A stretch of 64,000 nucleotides of DNA from an uncultured bacterium (GTDB lineage: Bacteria; Patescibacteriota; Saccharimonadia; Saccharimonadales; 2-12-FULL-41-12): positions 12,475 to 76,474 of the forward strand of contig CAWIAU010000003.1 of NCBI GenBank assembly GCA_963834265.1, written 5' to 3'. Below are positions 44,475 to 54,186 of the stretch, one piece after another (the first letter of the stretch is position 1; each line of letters opens with the position of its first letter). The translations under genes and the position numbers were made by a program. Below the pieces are notes generated by a model, which did no database searches, had not been told where the DNA came from, and saw only the letters and a program-made list of their open reading frames with translations.

Positions 44475-45106
44475 AAATTACGAAAATTGCGGCACAGATC
44501 AAAACACAAGGAAGGTATTCGATATTTATTGATGATAAATATGCATTCGGCTTGAGCGAGCTTGGATTGATAAACAGCGGATTGAAAGCCGGTATGGAGC
44601 TTAGTGAGACAGAGCTCAATGAGTATAAGGGACAGGCCGAAATCGATAAAGCTTATAACCGGGCACTCGGTCTGCTGGCACGTCGCCCGCGGAGTTGTTG
44701 GGAAATGGAGCAATATTTAAAAAAGAATCTAAGAAGTAAATCATCTGATTCTGTAGATACTTATCCGGAGACGCAGTATGTAGCAGAAGTGCTCGCTAAA
44801 CTAAGCGACCGTGGATTCATTAATGATATGGATTTCGCAAGTCGCTGGGTAGAAAGTCGAAGATTACTTAAATCTACAAGCAAACGCAAATTAAGTCTGG
44901 AGCTTAAGCAAAAACGAGTTGACGACGCTATAATACGCCGGGTTCTGGCCGATGATGAAACTGACGAACAAAAAGTATTAAAAGAACTCATTGTCAGGAA
45001 ACGTACCCAAAGCCGCTACCGCGATCAGACCAAACTTATTCGATATCTGGCTGGCCAGGGCTTTAGATATGGTGATATTAAACAGGCGTTAAATGACAGT
45101 GATTAA
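44471..45106 (+). CDS. recX: RecA regulator RecX
   Basis: It has three-helix repeats (YLAGQGFRYGDIKQAL). The start was chosen at MKITKI, whereas the track ORF starts at 44402. Confidence 0.8.
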   Translation: MKITKIAAQIKTQGRYSIFIDDKYAFGLSELGLINSGLKAGMELSETELNEYKGQAEIDKAYNRALGLLARRPRSCWEMEQYLKKNLRSKSSDSVDTYPETQYVAEVLAKLSDRGFINDMDFASRWVESRRLLKSTSKRKLSLELKQKRVDDAIIRRVLADDETDEQKVLKELIVRKRTQSRYRDQTKLIRYLAGQGFRYGDIKQALNDSD

Positions 45107-45642
45107 CCGGCCGCACTTGTCGCCACGGCCCCGGCTTTGATTTTTTCGGTCGCATCTTCGATTATAATGCGGCGGGTAGTAATTTCGACAATCTGGGTAC
45201 GATCGATACTCAGCGTGCCACCGGCAAAATTCTTGACAATTGACTGGCTGGCATACAATTTTTTGACAAAAAGACTGGACGAGTCTACTGCATAGTCGCT
45301 GATTTTGCCCAACTTTTTGCCGCTCTGAGTAGTTACGGGTTTTCCGATAAGTTCAAAGTCGAGTTCCAGAAGAGCTTGCAGACGTATCAGATCTTCTGCC
45401 GGAGACAGAGCGGAATGATCGTTAACAGCAATGCCCTGCTCTATGATGTCTCTTACCTCTGAGGATAACAGAATAAGCCGTTCATCACTCTTATCTAAGA
45501 CATGCCACCCCTCAATCTTAAGATTATCAGGATTAATAATAGCCTGCGTTACCACTGCAATCGGTCCACCGGTTCTGAGGGACAGAACTTCTTTCCCTAT
45601 AAATGACTGGCTTAGCTTCAGCATGAACTTATTATAATACAA
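45103..45642 (-). CDS. Tandem PRC-barrel-like domain protein
   Basis: Two repeats resemble PRC barrels (GKEVLSLRTGGPIAVV; GKPVTTQSGKKLGKISDY). Confidence 0.4.
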   Translation of the reverse strand: MYYNKFMLKLSQSFIGKEVLSLRTGGPIAVVTQAIINPDNLKIEGWHVLDKSDERLILLSSEVRDIIEQGIAVNDHSALSPAEDLIRLQALLELDFELIGKPVTTQSGKKLGKISDYAVDSSSLFVKKLYASQSIVKNFAGGTLSIDRTQIVEITTRRIIIEDATEKIKAGAVATSAAG

Positions 45643-45682
45643 CCGGCTATGACTCTGGTGTTGATAGATATATTATATTTTA

Positions 45683-46132
45683 GTGGAACATACTATAACT
45701 TGTACCGGGGCAGACGATACTGAAGCTTATGGCGAGCGGTTGGGGCGTCATCTAAGGGGCGGGGAAGTATTCGAATTGATTGGTGATGTAGGCTCAGGTA
45801 AGACAACTTTCGTGCGGGGTCTGGCGAAGGGTCTTGGTAGTACGGATCATGTTTCGAGCCCGACGTTTGTAGTAAGCAAAGTATATAATGGAAGGCTGAT
45901 GCTTCATCACCTGGACTTGTATCGCCTGAATAAGCCGGGGCTGGTAAGTCACCAGCTATCAGAAATTGTACAGGACCCGGAGACTGTAATAGCGATTGAA
46001 TGGGGTGTAGATGTAGCTGGAATTCTGCCCGACGTCCGGATAAAAATTCATTTTGAACTAACTGACGACGAGAGCAGACGATTAAAGATATTAATTCCCG
46101 GGGAACTGGATTACATAAAATGCTGGTTCTGA
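45683..46132 (+). CDS. tsaE: tRNA t6A biosynthesis ATPase TsaE
   Basis: It has GDVGSGKTTFVRG, SPTF and HLDLYRL motifs. Confidence 0.85.
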   Translation: MEHTITCTGADDTEAYGERLGRHLRGGEVFELIGDVGSGKTTFVRGLAKGLGSTDHVSSPTFVVSKVYNGRLMLHHLDLYRLNKPGLVSHQLSEIVQDPETVIAIEWGVDVAGILPDVRIKIHFELTDDESRRLKILIPGELDYIKCWF

Positions 46133-46512
46133 CAATAAGAACCGACAATCCGCAGGCTGAACTCGGACTCTATGATGGCACCGTACAATTAGCATATATA
46201 TCCTGGGAAGCCCACCGTAAACTTTCGGATACTATTCATTATAAACTCAAAGAGTTGCTTCAATCTGCTGATAAGGATTGGAATGATCTGAGAGGTATTT
46301 TATGCTATATGGGCCCGGGAAGTTTCACGGGTTTGCGTATTGGCATAAGTGTCGGTAATGCACTGGCCGTCAGCTTGAATATACCGATTGTAGCCGAAAT
46401 TGGGGATAACTGGCTGAAAAAAGGATTGAAAAATTTAGAGGACGACAAGGGCGACAAAATCATAACACCAGAATACGGTGCGGCTCCTCACATAACATTG
46501 CCCCGCAAGTAG
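46120..46512 (+). CDS. tsaB: TsaB-like protein (short, 130 aa)
   Basis: It has the GPGSFTGLRIGISVGNALA motif and overlaps the tsaE stop. Confidence 0.7.
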   Translation: MLVLTIRTDNPQAELGLYDGTVQLAYISWEAHRKLSDTIHYKLKELLQSADKDWNDLRGILCYMGPGSFTGLRIGISVGNALAVSLNIPIVAEIGDNWLKKGLKNLEDDKGDKIITPEYGAAPHITLPRK

Positions 46513-46720
46513 CGCGGGACCCGAAAAATCTGTATACTGGAAACGTAAGACCGTGAGTGGTCCGATAAGTTTTTACTGTATTTATTAGATATTAATCAGA
46601 TCGATAGTCCGGGTTTTCCGGGATAAACAACTTTGTAAGACAGACTAAAGAAGTGATAGTGATCGTCTGGATCCAGCGAAGCGACGAGCCCCCGCCCGTA
46701 CCGATAGAAAGGAATCCATT

Positions 46721-48235
46721 ATGGATCCAATAACCATTATATTGGCCCTTGCCGGCATTGGCGCTGGCTATGGCGCAAGCACATATACCAGTAAGAAAAA
46801 ACTAGGTAGCGCTGAAGCGCGTGTAGAAAAAGAGTTAAAAAAGGCTAAGCATGAAGCCGAAAAAGAGCTGTCAAAAGCCAGGGCAGAAGCCGGAGAACTG
46901 GTAGACGAAGCCCGCAAGGAAGATCAAAAGCGCCGTAATGAGTTCAAAGATATTGAGAAGCGTCTTTTGTCACGGGAGGAAAATCTCGATAAAAAGCTGG
47001 AGGACATAGACAAACGCTCAGAAAGCCTGCGCAAAGGTGAAGACGAAGTAGAAGCACTCAAAAGTGAAATACGTGAGATTCGCGGTCGCCAGCAGGAAAA
47101 ACTGGAAAAAATTGCCAAACTGACCAAAGCTGAAGCCGCCGAGAAGTTAACAGCTATGACAGAGCGTGATATCAGACAGGATTTAGTCGGATTGGTATTT
47201 AAGCTTCAGAATGAAGCCAAAGAACAAGCCGAAGAAAATGCCGCTGTCATCATTACAGAAGCCATGGAACGCATGGCTAGTGACGTAACCGCTGAGCGTA
47301 CTATAACCTCCGTAAAACTGGATGACGAGGAAATGAAAGGCCGTATTATCGGCAAAGAAGGTCGCAATATTCAGGCATTACAGCGTGCAACCGGGGTCGA
47401 CATTATGGTGGACGATACTCCGGGTATGATTATTCTGAGTTCATTTGATCCGGTGCGCCGCGAGGTAGCGAGAGTAGCACTGGAGATGTTGCTTAAAGAT
47501 GGACGAGTGCATCCGGGCCGTATCGAAGAAGTTGTCGAAAAAGCTCAGAAGCAGGTACAGAAAGATATTGTACGTACCGGCGAAGATGCGGCCCGCGAAG
47601 TCGGCATTGTCGGTATACCAAAAGAAATTCTGCAGTATCTGGGAGAGCTGAAGTTTCGTACAAGCTATGGCCAGAACGTGCTTAAGCACAGTACAGAAAT
47701 GGCACATATGGCCGGTGTAATTGCCGAGCAGATCGGTGCTGATACAAAGACAGTCAAATACGCCGCTTTACTACATGATATGGGCAAAGCTTTAACGCAT
47801 AAACTCGAGGGTAAGCATCATCACATAGGTGCAGAAATTGCCCGTAAATACGGTGTGCCAGAACCTATTTGCCATGCGATAGAAGCGCACCATGATGATG
47901 TTGAAGCAACTACAGTGGAAGCTTTGGTTGTACGTGTTGTTGACTCTATCAGTGCTGCGCGTCCCGGAGCCCGCAATGTCAGCCAGGAAAACTTTGCCGA
48001 ACGAATGCGCGATCTCGAGAATATAGCCTCGGGATTCAAGGGAGTAGAAAAAGTCTACGCTATAAGTGCCGGTCGCGAAGTACGTGTCTTCGTCAAACCA
48101 ACTGACATGGATGATCTGGGCGCTATAAAGCTGGCCCGTGACGTCGCCACTAAAATTGAATCGACTATGCAGTATCCGGGCACAATCAAAGTCAACGTCA
48201 TCCGTGAAACGCGCGCCATAGAGTTCGCCAAGTAG
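46721..48235 (+). CDS. rny: Ribonuclease Y
   Basis: It has an N-terminal TM helix, a long coiled-coil, a KH domain (GRIIGKEGRNI) and an HD domain (LLHDMGK). Confidence 0.92.
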   Translation: MDPITIILALAGIGAGYGASTYTSKKKLGSAEARVEKELKKAKHEAEKELSKARAEAGELVDEARKEDQKRRNEFKDIEKRLLSREENLDKKLEDIDKRSESLRKGEDEVEALKSEIREIRGRQQEKLEKIAKLTKAEAAEKLTAMTERDIRQDLVGLVFKLQNEAKEQAEENAAVIITEAMERMASDVTAERTITSVKLDDEEMKGRIIGKEGRNIQALQRATGVDIMVDDTPGMIILSSFDPVRREVARVALEMLLKDGRVHPGRIEEVVEKAQKQVQKDIVRTGEDAAREVGIVGIPKEILQYLGELKFRTSYGQNVLKHSTEMAHMAGVIAEQIGADTKTVKYAALLHDMGKALTHKLEGKHHHIGAEIARKYGVPEPICHAIEAHHDDVEATTVEALVVRVVDSISAARPGARNVSQENFAERMRDLENIASGFKGVEKVYAISAGREVRVFVKPTDMDDLGAIKLARDVATKIESTMQYPGTIKVNVIRETRAIEFAK

Positions 48236-48295
48236 AATCGTTCCTGGAAAAACTAAGCTCTATCTGTTACAATCAACGATGTTAACCACCCTTGT

Positions 48296-48371
48296 CGGGG
48301 TGTGGCGCAGTTGATAGCGCGCTCGGTTTGGGACCGAGAGGTCGAAGGTTTGAGTCCTTTCACCCCGACCA
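48296..48371 (+). tRNA. tRNA-Pro (anticodon UGG), CCA encoded
   Basis: Hand-folded cloverleaf: acceptor CGGGGTG/CACCCCG and anticodon arm CTCGG-TTTGGGA-CCGAG. An upstream extended -10 reads TGTTACAAT. Confidence 0.93.
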
Positions 48372-48378
48372 TGAAATG

Positions 48379-48401
48379 ACCCCGGTTTGTCGGGGTTTTT
48401 T
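48379..48401 (+). terminator. Rho-independent terminator after tRNA-Pro
   Basis: ACCCCG-GTTTGT-CGGGGT followed by a T-run. Confidence 0.7.
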
Positions 48402-48541
48402 CATGGTCATGACGCTTAAAACTTCGACCCAAATTTGCTGTAGCAAATATGACAGGTCAAAGGTCTGGTCATCAATGCCACGTCCAGAAGCTTGCTTCGA
48501 GCATGACTGCAGATGTGCTTTGTCTCCAACCCCGTCAATTG

Positions 48542-48570
48542 AAAACAGGTTCTGCGACAGAACCTGTTTT
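48542..48570. terminator. Bidirectional terminator hairpin
   Basis: AAAACAGGTTCTG-CGA-CAGAACCTGTTTT, with A/T runs on both sides. Confidence 0.6.
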
Positions 48571-48584
48571 CAAACAAAGTATTT

Positions 48585-48692
48585 TTAGCGACTTTTATTC
48601 ACAAGCTTTCGTAGCTCTCCCCAATCTTCACGAAATTCTTTGGGCATACTGTGAAATTGTTCATCAGCAATTCTTTTCCAGGTTTTATTCAT
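48585..48692 (-). CDS. Possible 35-aa protein
   Basis: My own translation gives MNKTWKRIADEQFHSMPKEFREDWGELRKLVNKSR. AGGAGA lies 8 nt upstream, and the bidirectional terminator lies downstream. Confidence 0.35.
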   Translation of the reverse strand: MNKTWKRIADEQFHSMPKEFREDWGELRKLVNKSR

Positions 48693-48870
48693 AGTTTAAA
48701 TCTCCTGCATTTTATATAAACCATAACTATCTTAGCTAACAATTAAAATATTCTCTGCGATATATCTAACAGTCCGATTAAAAGGGCAGCACTTTGGTAC
48801 AATAGTTATCATGGCTACAAAGATCTCTCGTATTGTAAGTCGTGAGGTCAAAAAATGATGATTTTTGATC

Positions 48871-48932
48871 AAAACCGGCAAACTCTGACAAGGCATAAAC
48901 TGATTTATGGTGTGAAAGAGTTTGCCGGTTTT
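48871..48932 (+). promoter_or_regulatory. Long perfect hairpin in the leader of the membrane-protein/Clp-like operon
   Basis: AAAACCGGCAAACTCT (48871-48886) pairs perfectly with AGAGTTTGCCGGTTTT (48917-48932), with a 30-nt loop. It lies downstream of an extended -10 (TGGTACAAT at about 48795). Confidence 0.45.
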
Positions 48933-48970
48933 GGGCAAGAAGGGCATTTTTGGAGCCACGGAGTTATTTT

Positions 48971-49339
48971 ATGAGAGGTCTTCTGTATTTGCTCAGCTGG
49001 TGGTATGGGCAGGGCTGGGGCCGGGTACTTAAAAGTGCTCAAAAGCGGCTCCACGCGATTAACCAGACCTTCTCAGTACTGATACTGTTGCGAACATTAT
49101 TTGCGCCATGGAAACAAATTCAATCGCCTAAATCATTTCGGAATTTCTTTCAGTCATCACTAGATAACTTTATTTCGCGCTGTATAGGTGCGACAGTACG
49201 ACTTGGTATGCTGCTTATAGCTGCTATTGCGACCTTGTTGGTTGGACTTGCCGGACTCACAGCTTTTCTGCTATGGCCATTATTACCCCTGCTTATTATC
49301 GGATTGCCGGTTGCAGCCATTACGAGGATAGGTCTATAG
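48971..49339 (+). CDS. Membrane protein (about 122 aa) preceding the Clp-like ATPase
   Basis: The start was chosen at MRGLLY, with GGAG 9 nt upstream. It has C-terminal TM helices, and its stop abuts the next ATG. Confidence 0.4.
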   Translation: MRGLLYLLSWWYGQGWGRVLKSAQKRLHAINQTFSVLILLRTLFAPWKQIQSPKSFRNFFQSSLDNFISRCIGATVRLGMLLIAAIATLLVGLAGLTAFLLWPLLPLLIIGLPVAAITRIGL

Positions 49340-51739
49340 ATGAATCCTGCGCTTAACCTCAGCAGCCCCAGGGCACAAAAAGCACGCTATGCCCGCACTT
49401 TGCGAAGCGGCAGTGTGCATATGACTTTGCTTGTCACCGGTATTATTTCAGTAATATCCGGTAGTTATTTGTTAGTAATTGATAACTCACTTGGTTATGT
49501 AGCTTTAATACCTGCACTGGTATGTCTGATTGTCTGGCTTTGGTACAAAGGCGAACTATCTGTATTGGACGAAGCGATTGTTGCTAATCCTGACAGTGCC
49601 TCTATCGACAGCCTTCTGTCAGCCCGTACGTTGGCCCTGCTTAAGACACGGGATCCGTCGGCCTATGATTTATGGCAAGCCGTGCAGAAAACCCAGGCTC
49701 AGTACTTTTACTGCAATCGTTACTTGCTGAATCCGGTTATTTTCGAGCAAATGCTTAGCCGCGACAAAGGCTCTGCGTCAGCGGTGTGGCAGCATGCCGG
49801 GAATCTTCGGCAGCGTTATAATCGTCCTATTATTGAAAACTCAGTATTGATGGTGGCTATGCTCAAAACTATTCCTGAAATTGAAAGTCTGCTGCGTTCC
49901 ATAAAGCTCGAGATTACAGACCTGGAAGAAGGCATAGAATGGATGGCTGATACCAATGAAAAACGACGTCTCGCCCGCGAAAAGCAGTACTTCGGCGGTC
50001 TGGCCCGCGATTGGGCTTATGGCTATACGCCTATGCTGCGATATCTGGGGCATAATATCAGCGAAGAAATTCAGCGCTACGGATTCTTTTCTGATACCGC
50101 CGTTCATGAACAGATCGTGAATCAAATGACTCAAACATTGTCCGGCGGAAGTAATACGGCTACACTAATCGGTGATATCGGAGCGGGCAAGACAACTTGT
50201 GTTTATGGATTTGCGGAGAGATTACTCAAAGACAGCAGTTTATCGCCACGTATCCGTTACCATCAGGTTATAAGTCTGGATGCTCCTGCGTTACTGGCAC
50301 AAGCCAAAGGACGGGGCGAATTAGAATCATTAGTTATCCAGCTACTGAATGAGGCCGGCAAAGCCAAAAATATGATCCTGTTTTTTGACGACTCGCAGGT
50401 GTTCTTTTCTAACGAAAACGGGGTTGATCTGAGTAATGTACTGCAACCGGCCCTGGAGTCCGGATCTGTACGTTTGCTATTTGCGATGACGCCTAAGGAA
50501 TGGCAGCATCTCAGTGCCTCCAATGCGGCTGTTTCTGCCAGACTACAGGCAATACAGCTACAGCCGACTGATGAGAAGCAAACCATTCAGGTTCTGAGGG
50601 ATCAGATAATGGTATTGGAGTATGAGCGCAAAGTTGTTTTTACTTATCAGGCACTACGCGAAGCGTATCGGTTGGGCAGTCGTTATATTGACAGTCAGGT
50701 CATGCCCGGTGCGGCTTTGAGCGTGCTCAGCAGTGCGGCCAGTTTTGCGACAGACGGATTAGTGACTGAGGAGATTGTCCAGCGTAGTATCGAGTCATCG
50801 GTGGGCGTCAAACTGGCTCATGCTGAAGCTGATGAATCACAGGTTTTACTTAATCTGGAAGAACAGCTCAAAAGTCAGGTTATCAGCCAACGCCATGCTA
50901 TCAGTGTGATTGCCAACGCCCTGCGTCGTTCGCGTAGCGGTGTGGGCAATCCGGACCGGCCGATCGGCACATTCCTGTTTCTCGGTCCGACAGGCGTTGG
51001 CAAGACTGAACTTTCCAAAGCTCTGGCCAGAACTTATTTTGGCAGCGAGGAGTCTGTTGTCCGCGTAGATATGAATCAGTACGTGCAACCGTCAGATGTA
51101 AACCGACTTATAACCCCTATGCTTGGTGATCAACTGGGTTTCCTGGGACAGGTGCGTCGCCAGCCATTCAGCGTTATCCTGCTGGACGAAATCGAAAAAG
51201 CGCATCCGAACGTAGTAAATCTGCTGCTACAAACCTTAGATGAAGGTGTTATGCGCGACATTGATAACAAGGCAGTGTCATTTAAGGACGCAATAATCAT
51301 AGCTACTTCTAATGCCGGCGCAGACGAGATACGCCGGATGATCGAAGCCGGTGAAGATATCAATGAGGGAGAGTCTGCATTTATAGACAAAATAATTCAC
51401 GATGGCATCTTCGCACCGGAATTTATCAACCGCTTCGATGAAGTAGTGCTATTCAAGCCACTGACACAAGATGAGCTGGTTCAGGTAGTGGACCTTATAG
51501 TTGCCGGTATCAATAAAACACTCGATCGCCAGAAAGTCAGCGTTAATTTAACAGACGCCGCTAAACGCTGGTTGGTGGAAAAGGGCTATGATTCCCGTCT
51601 CGGCGCCCGCCCCATGCGTCGTATGGCCCAGCGCTACGTTGAGAATATTCTGGCCAAACGGCTTCTTGATCAAAGTATGCAGCCGGGAGCCACCCTGTTG
51701 CTGGATATCACAGATTTTGAACAGCTGGAAGACAGTTAA
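49340..51739 (+). CDS. Membrane-anchored double-AAA+ Clp/Hsp100-like ATPase
   Basis: It has two N-terminal TM helices instead of a Clp_N domain. D1 has GDIGAGKTT and the Walker B-like ILFFDDSQ. D2 is canonical (LGPTGVGKTELSKALA; ILLDEIEKAH). No long M-domain is evident. Confidence 0.8.
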   Translation: MNPALNLSSPRAQKARYARTLRSGSVHMTLLVTGIISVISGSYLLVIDNSLGYVALIPALVCLIVWLWYKGELSVLDEAIVANPDSASIDSLLSARTLALLKTRDPSAYDLWQAVQKTQAQYFYCNRYLLNPVIFEQMLSRDKGSASAVWQHAGNLRQRYNRPIIENSVLMVAMLKTIPEIESLLRSIKLEITDLEEGIEWMADTNEKRRLAREKQYFGGLARDWAYGYTPMLRYLGHNISEEIQRYGFFSDTAVHEQIVNQMTQTLSGGSNTATLIGDIGAGKTTCVYGFAERLLKDSSLSPRIRYHQVISLDAPALLAQAKGRGELESLVIQLLNEAGKAKNMILFFDDSQVFFSNENGVDLSNVLQPALESGSVRLLFAMTPKEWQHLSASNAAVSARLQAIQLQPTDEKQTIQVLRDQIMVLEYERKVVFTYQALREAYRLGSRYIDSQVMPGAALSVLSSAASFATDGLVTEEIVQRSIESSVGVKLAHAEADESQVLLNLEEQLKSQVISQRHAISVIANALRRSRSGVGNPDRPIGTFLFLGPTGVGKTELSKALARTYFGSEESVVRVDMNQYVQPSDVNRLITPMLGDQLGFLGQVRRQPFSVILLDEIEKAHPNVVNLLLQTLDEGVMRDIDNKAVSFKDAIIIATSNAGADEIRRMIEAGEDINEGESAFIDKIIHDGIFAPEFINRFDEVVLFKPLTQDELVQVVDLIVAGINKTLDRQKVSVNLTDAAKRWLVEKGYDSRLGARPMRRMAQRYVENILAKRLLDQSMQPGATLLLDITDFEQLEDS

Positions 51740-51742
51740 AGC

Positions 51743-52384
51743 ATGGCAGAGATAATCCTTGCGCTGGGAATTATTGCTTTTTTATTACTTCTGGCCGAAT
51801 CTTTGTGGCGATTAAAGCTGGTATCTACGGAAGTAGCGCGCAAGTTAATCCATGTACTCGGCGGTGTCAGCGTAGCTTTCTGGCCGTATTTTATGAGTTT
51901 TCAGATGATTCAGCTCCTGAGCCTGGCGCTACTAATCGGCATCGGAATTTCATATCGGTTTCGTATCCTGGGATCAATCCATGATGTCAGAAGATCTACA
52001 AAAGGAGAATTAATCTATCCGATTGGTATCGGGATTTGTGCGCTATTAACTCAGGATTCATGGATTTTCACCGCAGCAATATTACATCTGGCTGTAGCCG
52101 ATGGCCTGGCGGCAGTGATAGGAGCAAAATGGGGCAGACGGACAAAATATCGCCTCGGACCTTTGCATAAATCATTACTCGGAACGGGTGCTTTTTTTAT
52201 AGCATCACTCCTTATTATTACTATCAGTTACGCATTGCTTGGTGGCCAGCAGCTAATGAATGCCAGCTCATTGGCTTTACTCGGTATTGCCGGACTAGCG
52301 ACTGTAGTCGAGAATATTTCGCCCTATGGCTTCGATAACTTAGCCGTACCGGTAATTATAGCTCTTGCGTTAAACTTAGCTTAA
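51743..52384 (+). CDS. Polytopic membrane protein, dolichol/phytol-kinase-like (CTP-dependent kinase family?)
   Basis: The RKLIHVLGG motif and 6-7 TM helices suggest the family. The assignment is tentative. Confidence 0.35.
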   Translation: MAEIILALGIIAFLLLLAESLWRLKLVSTEVARKLIHVLGGVSVAFWPYFMSFQMIQLLSLALLIGIGISYRFRILGSIHDVRRSTKGELIYPIGIGICALLTQDSWIFTAAILHLAVADGLAAVIGAKWGRRTKYRLGPLHKSLLGTGAFFIASLLIITISYALLGGQQLMNASSLALLGIAGLATVVENISPYGFDNLAVPVIIALALNLA

Positions 52385-52857
52385 TTCATTATTTCTTCGC
52401 CTTCTTGAATAGGTTCTTCGAAGCGGTTAATAAAACTGTTTAAATCTTTTTCACTAACAGGTATTGCCTCAGGTCCGGTGTTTTTATTTCTTTCAATAAG
52501 TCTTTCGAGCAGAATGTCTTTTGGAACTTTAAAATAAAGCAGTCGCCAGATTCCTCCGTTTTCTTCGATAATCCTCTTATGCTCATCTCTGCTTTTCTGT
52601 TTCCAGAAGCCATAGTCCAAAACCACATCTCTGCCGTTGCCGAGCAACTTAATCAGTTGTTTTTCAAGATCTGGTTTTACTTTTGCTTCAAGTTCAAATA
52701 TTTTCTCTTCGGGGTAATCAACGCCGTACATACCAAACTTATCAAAAACAGCGTGGTCAATGGATAGAATATATGCACCGGATTGACTGAGTTTGCATGC
52801 ATAAGTACTTTTTCCTGCGCCCGTAAGACCGCAGAGCATGTAGGCAGTTGGTTTCAT
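52381..52857 (-). CDS. P-loop kinase-like protein (AAA_33-type)
   Basis: It has Walker A GLTGAGKST at the N-terminus and is about 158 aa. Confidence 0.5.
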   Translation of the reverse strand: MKPTAYMLCGLTGAGKSTYACKLSQSGAYILSIDHAVFDKFGMYGVDYPEEKIFELEAKVKPDLEKQLIKLLGNGRDVVLDYGFWKQKSRDEHKRIIEENGGIWRLLYFKVPKDILLERLIERNKNTGPEAIPVSEKDLNSFINRFEEPIQEGEEIMN

Positions 52858-52902
52858 CGGCTTGTAAAAGTAAATTCCTAAATAATAAGTCTAAGTTAAA
52901 TA

Positions 52903-52980
52903 TGGGGTGGCTGATGGGGCTTGAACCCACGGCCTTCGGTACCACAAACCGACGCTCTAACCAACTGAGCTACAGCCACC
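52903..52980 (-). tRNA. tRNA-His (anticodon GUG) with encoded G-1 and C73, CCA encoded
   Basis: Hand fold: G-1 plus acceptor GTGGCTG/CAGCCAC, anticodon arm TCGGT-TTGTGGT-ACCGA, T arm GTGGG-TTCAAGC-CCCAT. Confidence 0.9.
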
Positions 52981-53030
52981 AAAACAGGGGTGATTATACA
53001 GTAAAAATAAGATGATAACAACTAAAGCGA

Positions 53031-53606
53031 CTACTTGTATTCCGGTAGATTAAGTAATTCATCCAACGTTTGGGTTTTATCCAACAATTCTTTGGGAAAA
53101 TAGCGGTTACTGGGGTCGTTTACAAGATTTTTTAAATCGTCAAAATCTATCAGTTGCACATCAATCTTTTCTCCTGAATCAAGATTTTGATCTGTTTGAT
53201 TAATAAAATCAGTCGCCAGGAATATATATACGAGCCAGTCAATCTTGCCGTGGGGCTGCACAATATCAAGCAATTTCCAGGTATTGAATGTCATACCGGT
53301 TTCTTCCAGCGTCTCACGTTTAGCTGCGTCTAACTCGGTCTCATTTTCTATATCATGCCGACCGCCAGGCAGGTCATAAAAGGATTTTAGCTGATCCGGT
53401 TGCTGCTGATCCAGAATGACAAGTTTATCGTCTTTTATTGAAAGGATTTTGATCGTATCGGGTCGCTTTAACATCTCGAAAGTTTCAGTCGTATTATCGT
53501 ACATTTCTTGCTGCCAATGATAGACATCAAAAATAATGCCCTTAAAAACCCGTTTTGCCTGAGACGGAACTAGTTTGGAATTCGGTGGGATTATTGTTCT
53601 CATGAG
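53031..53606 (-). CDS. NUDIX hydrolase
   Basis: It has the Nudix box GGRHDIENETELDAAKRETLEETG. The start was chosen at MRTIIPP, whereas the track ORF starts at 53660. Confidence 0.8.
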   Translation of the reverse strand, partial: LMRTIIPPNSKLVPSQAKRVFKGIIFDVYHWQQEMYDNTTETFEMLKRPDTIKILSIKDDKLVILDQQQPDQLKSFYDLPGGRHDIENETELDAAKRETLEETGMTFNTWKLLDIVQPHGKIDWLVYIFLATDFINQTDQNLDSGEKIDVQLIDFDDLKNLVNDPSNRYFPKELLDKTQTLDELLNLPEYK

Positions 53607-53711
53607 ACTATTGCCGCCGCAACCGCTATGACCCCGGCAGCCAGAGCGAGGTCCCACCATTTATTTCTTTTTCTTTCTTTGCCCTGAACTTTTTCTGCCA
53701 CAATAGTCTAA

Positions 53712-54176
53712 TTATAACAATCTCTTGCGGAAAGTGCAGATTATAGTCCAGGCTACGATCATGCCGGTTGTGTTAGCAACAAAATCCCGCCACGTATCAT
53801 GAATATCAAAGGCAAACTGACCAAAACCGAGTAACTCAAAGAAATACTCAGCCAGTTCATTAAGTACCCCCAGCATAGACACAAATGCAAAAAGTACGAG
53901 CAGTGTTACGCGCCAGTTAACAAACTTCAGGTTCAAAGTCTTGCAAGTATAGACAAACAAAAATGTTGCAGATATTCCACCGCTGGCATGCAGCAGGAAA
54001 TTTCCGAATTTGCTGTAGGACAGAGAACTATAAATCAAACTACCGATAATCCCTGCCGCAAAAGCTGCAGCAACCCAAAGCCAATGAGTTTTCAGATTGT
54101 ACTTGCGCTTCAATTCAAACCCCAGCCAGGCAGTAAAAAGCAGGATAAAAGCAACATAGGCAATAGCATGTATCAT
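53712..54176 (-). CDS. Membrane protein, unknown function (4 TM)
   Basis: 154-aa hydrophobic ORF with no diagnostic motif. Confidence 0.35.
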   Translation of the reverse strand: MIHAIAYVAFILLFTAWLGFELKRKYNLKTHWLWVAAAFAAGIIGSLIYSSLSYSKFGNFLLHASGGISATFLFVYTCKTLNLKFVNWRVTLLVLFAFVSMLGVLNELAEYFFELLGFGQFAFDIHDTWRDFVANTTGMIVAWTIICTFRKRLL

Positions 54177-54186
54177 AAGAATTTTG

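Noticed and set aside
46513-46720. About 200-nt untranslated region upstream of rny with small hairpins
   Set aside because: It contains only short (4-5 bp) stems and no recognisable riboswitch or sRNA signature. The evidence is insufficient for a feature.
48292-48694. Track ORFs 48292-48588 and 48449-48694
   Set aside because: The first overlaps tRNA-Pro and its terminator. Both run through two terminator hairpins and have implausible sequences. Only the 35-aa minus-strand ORF with an RBS was kept, and at low confidence.
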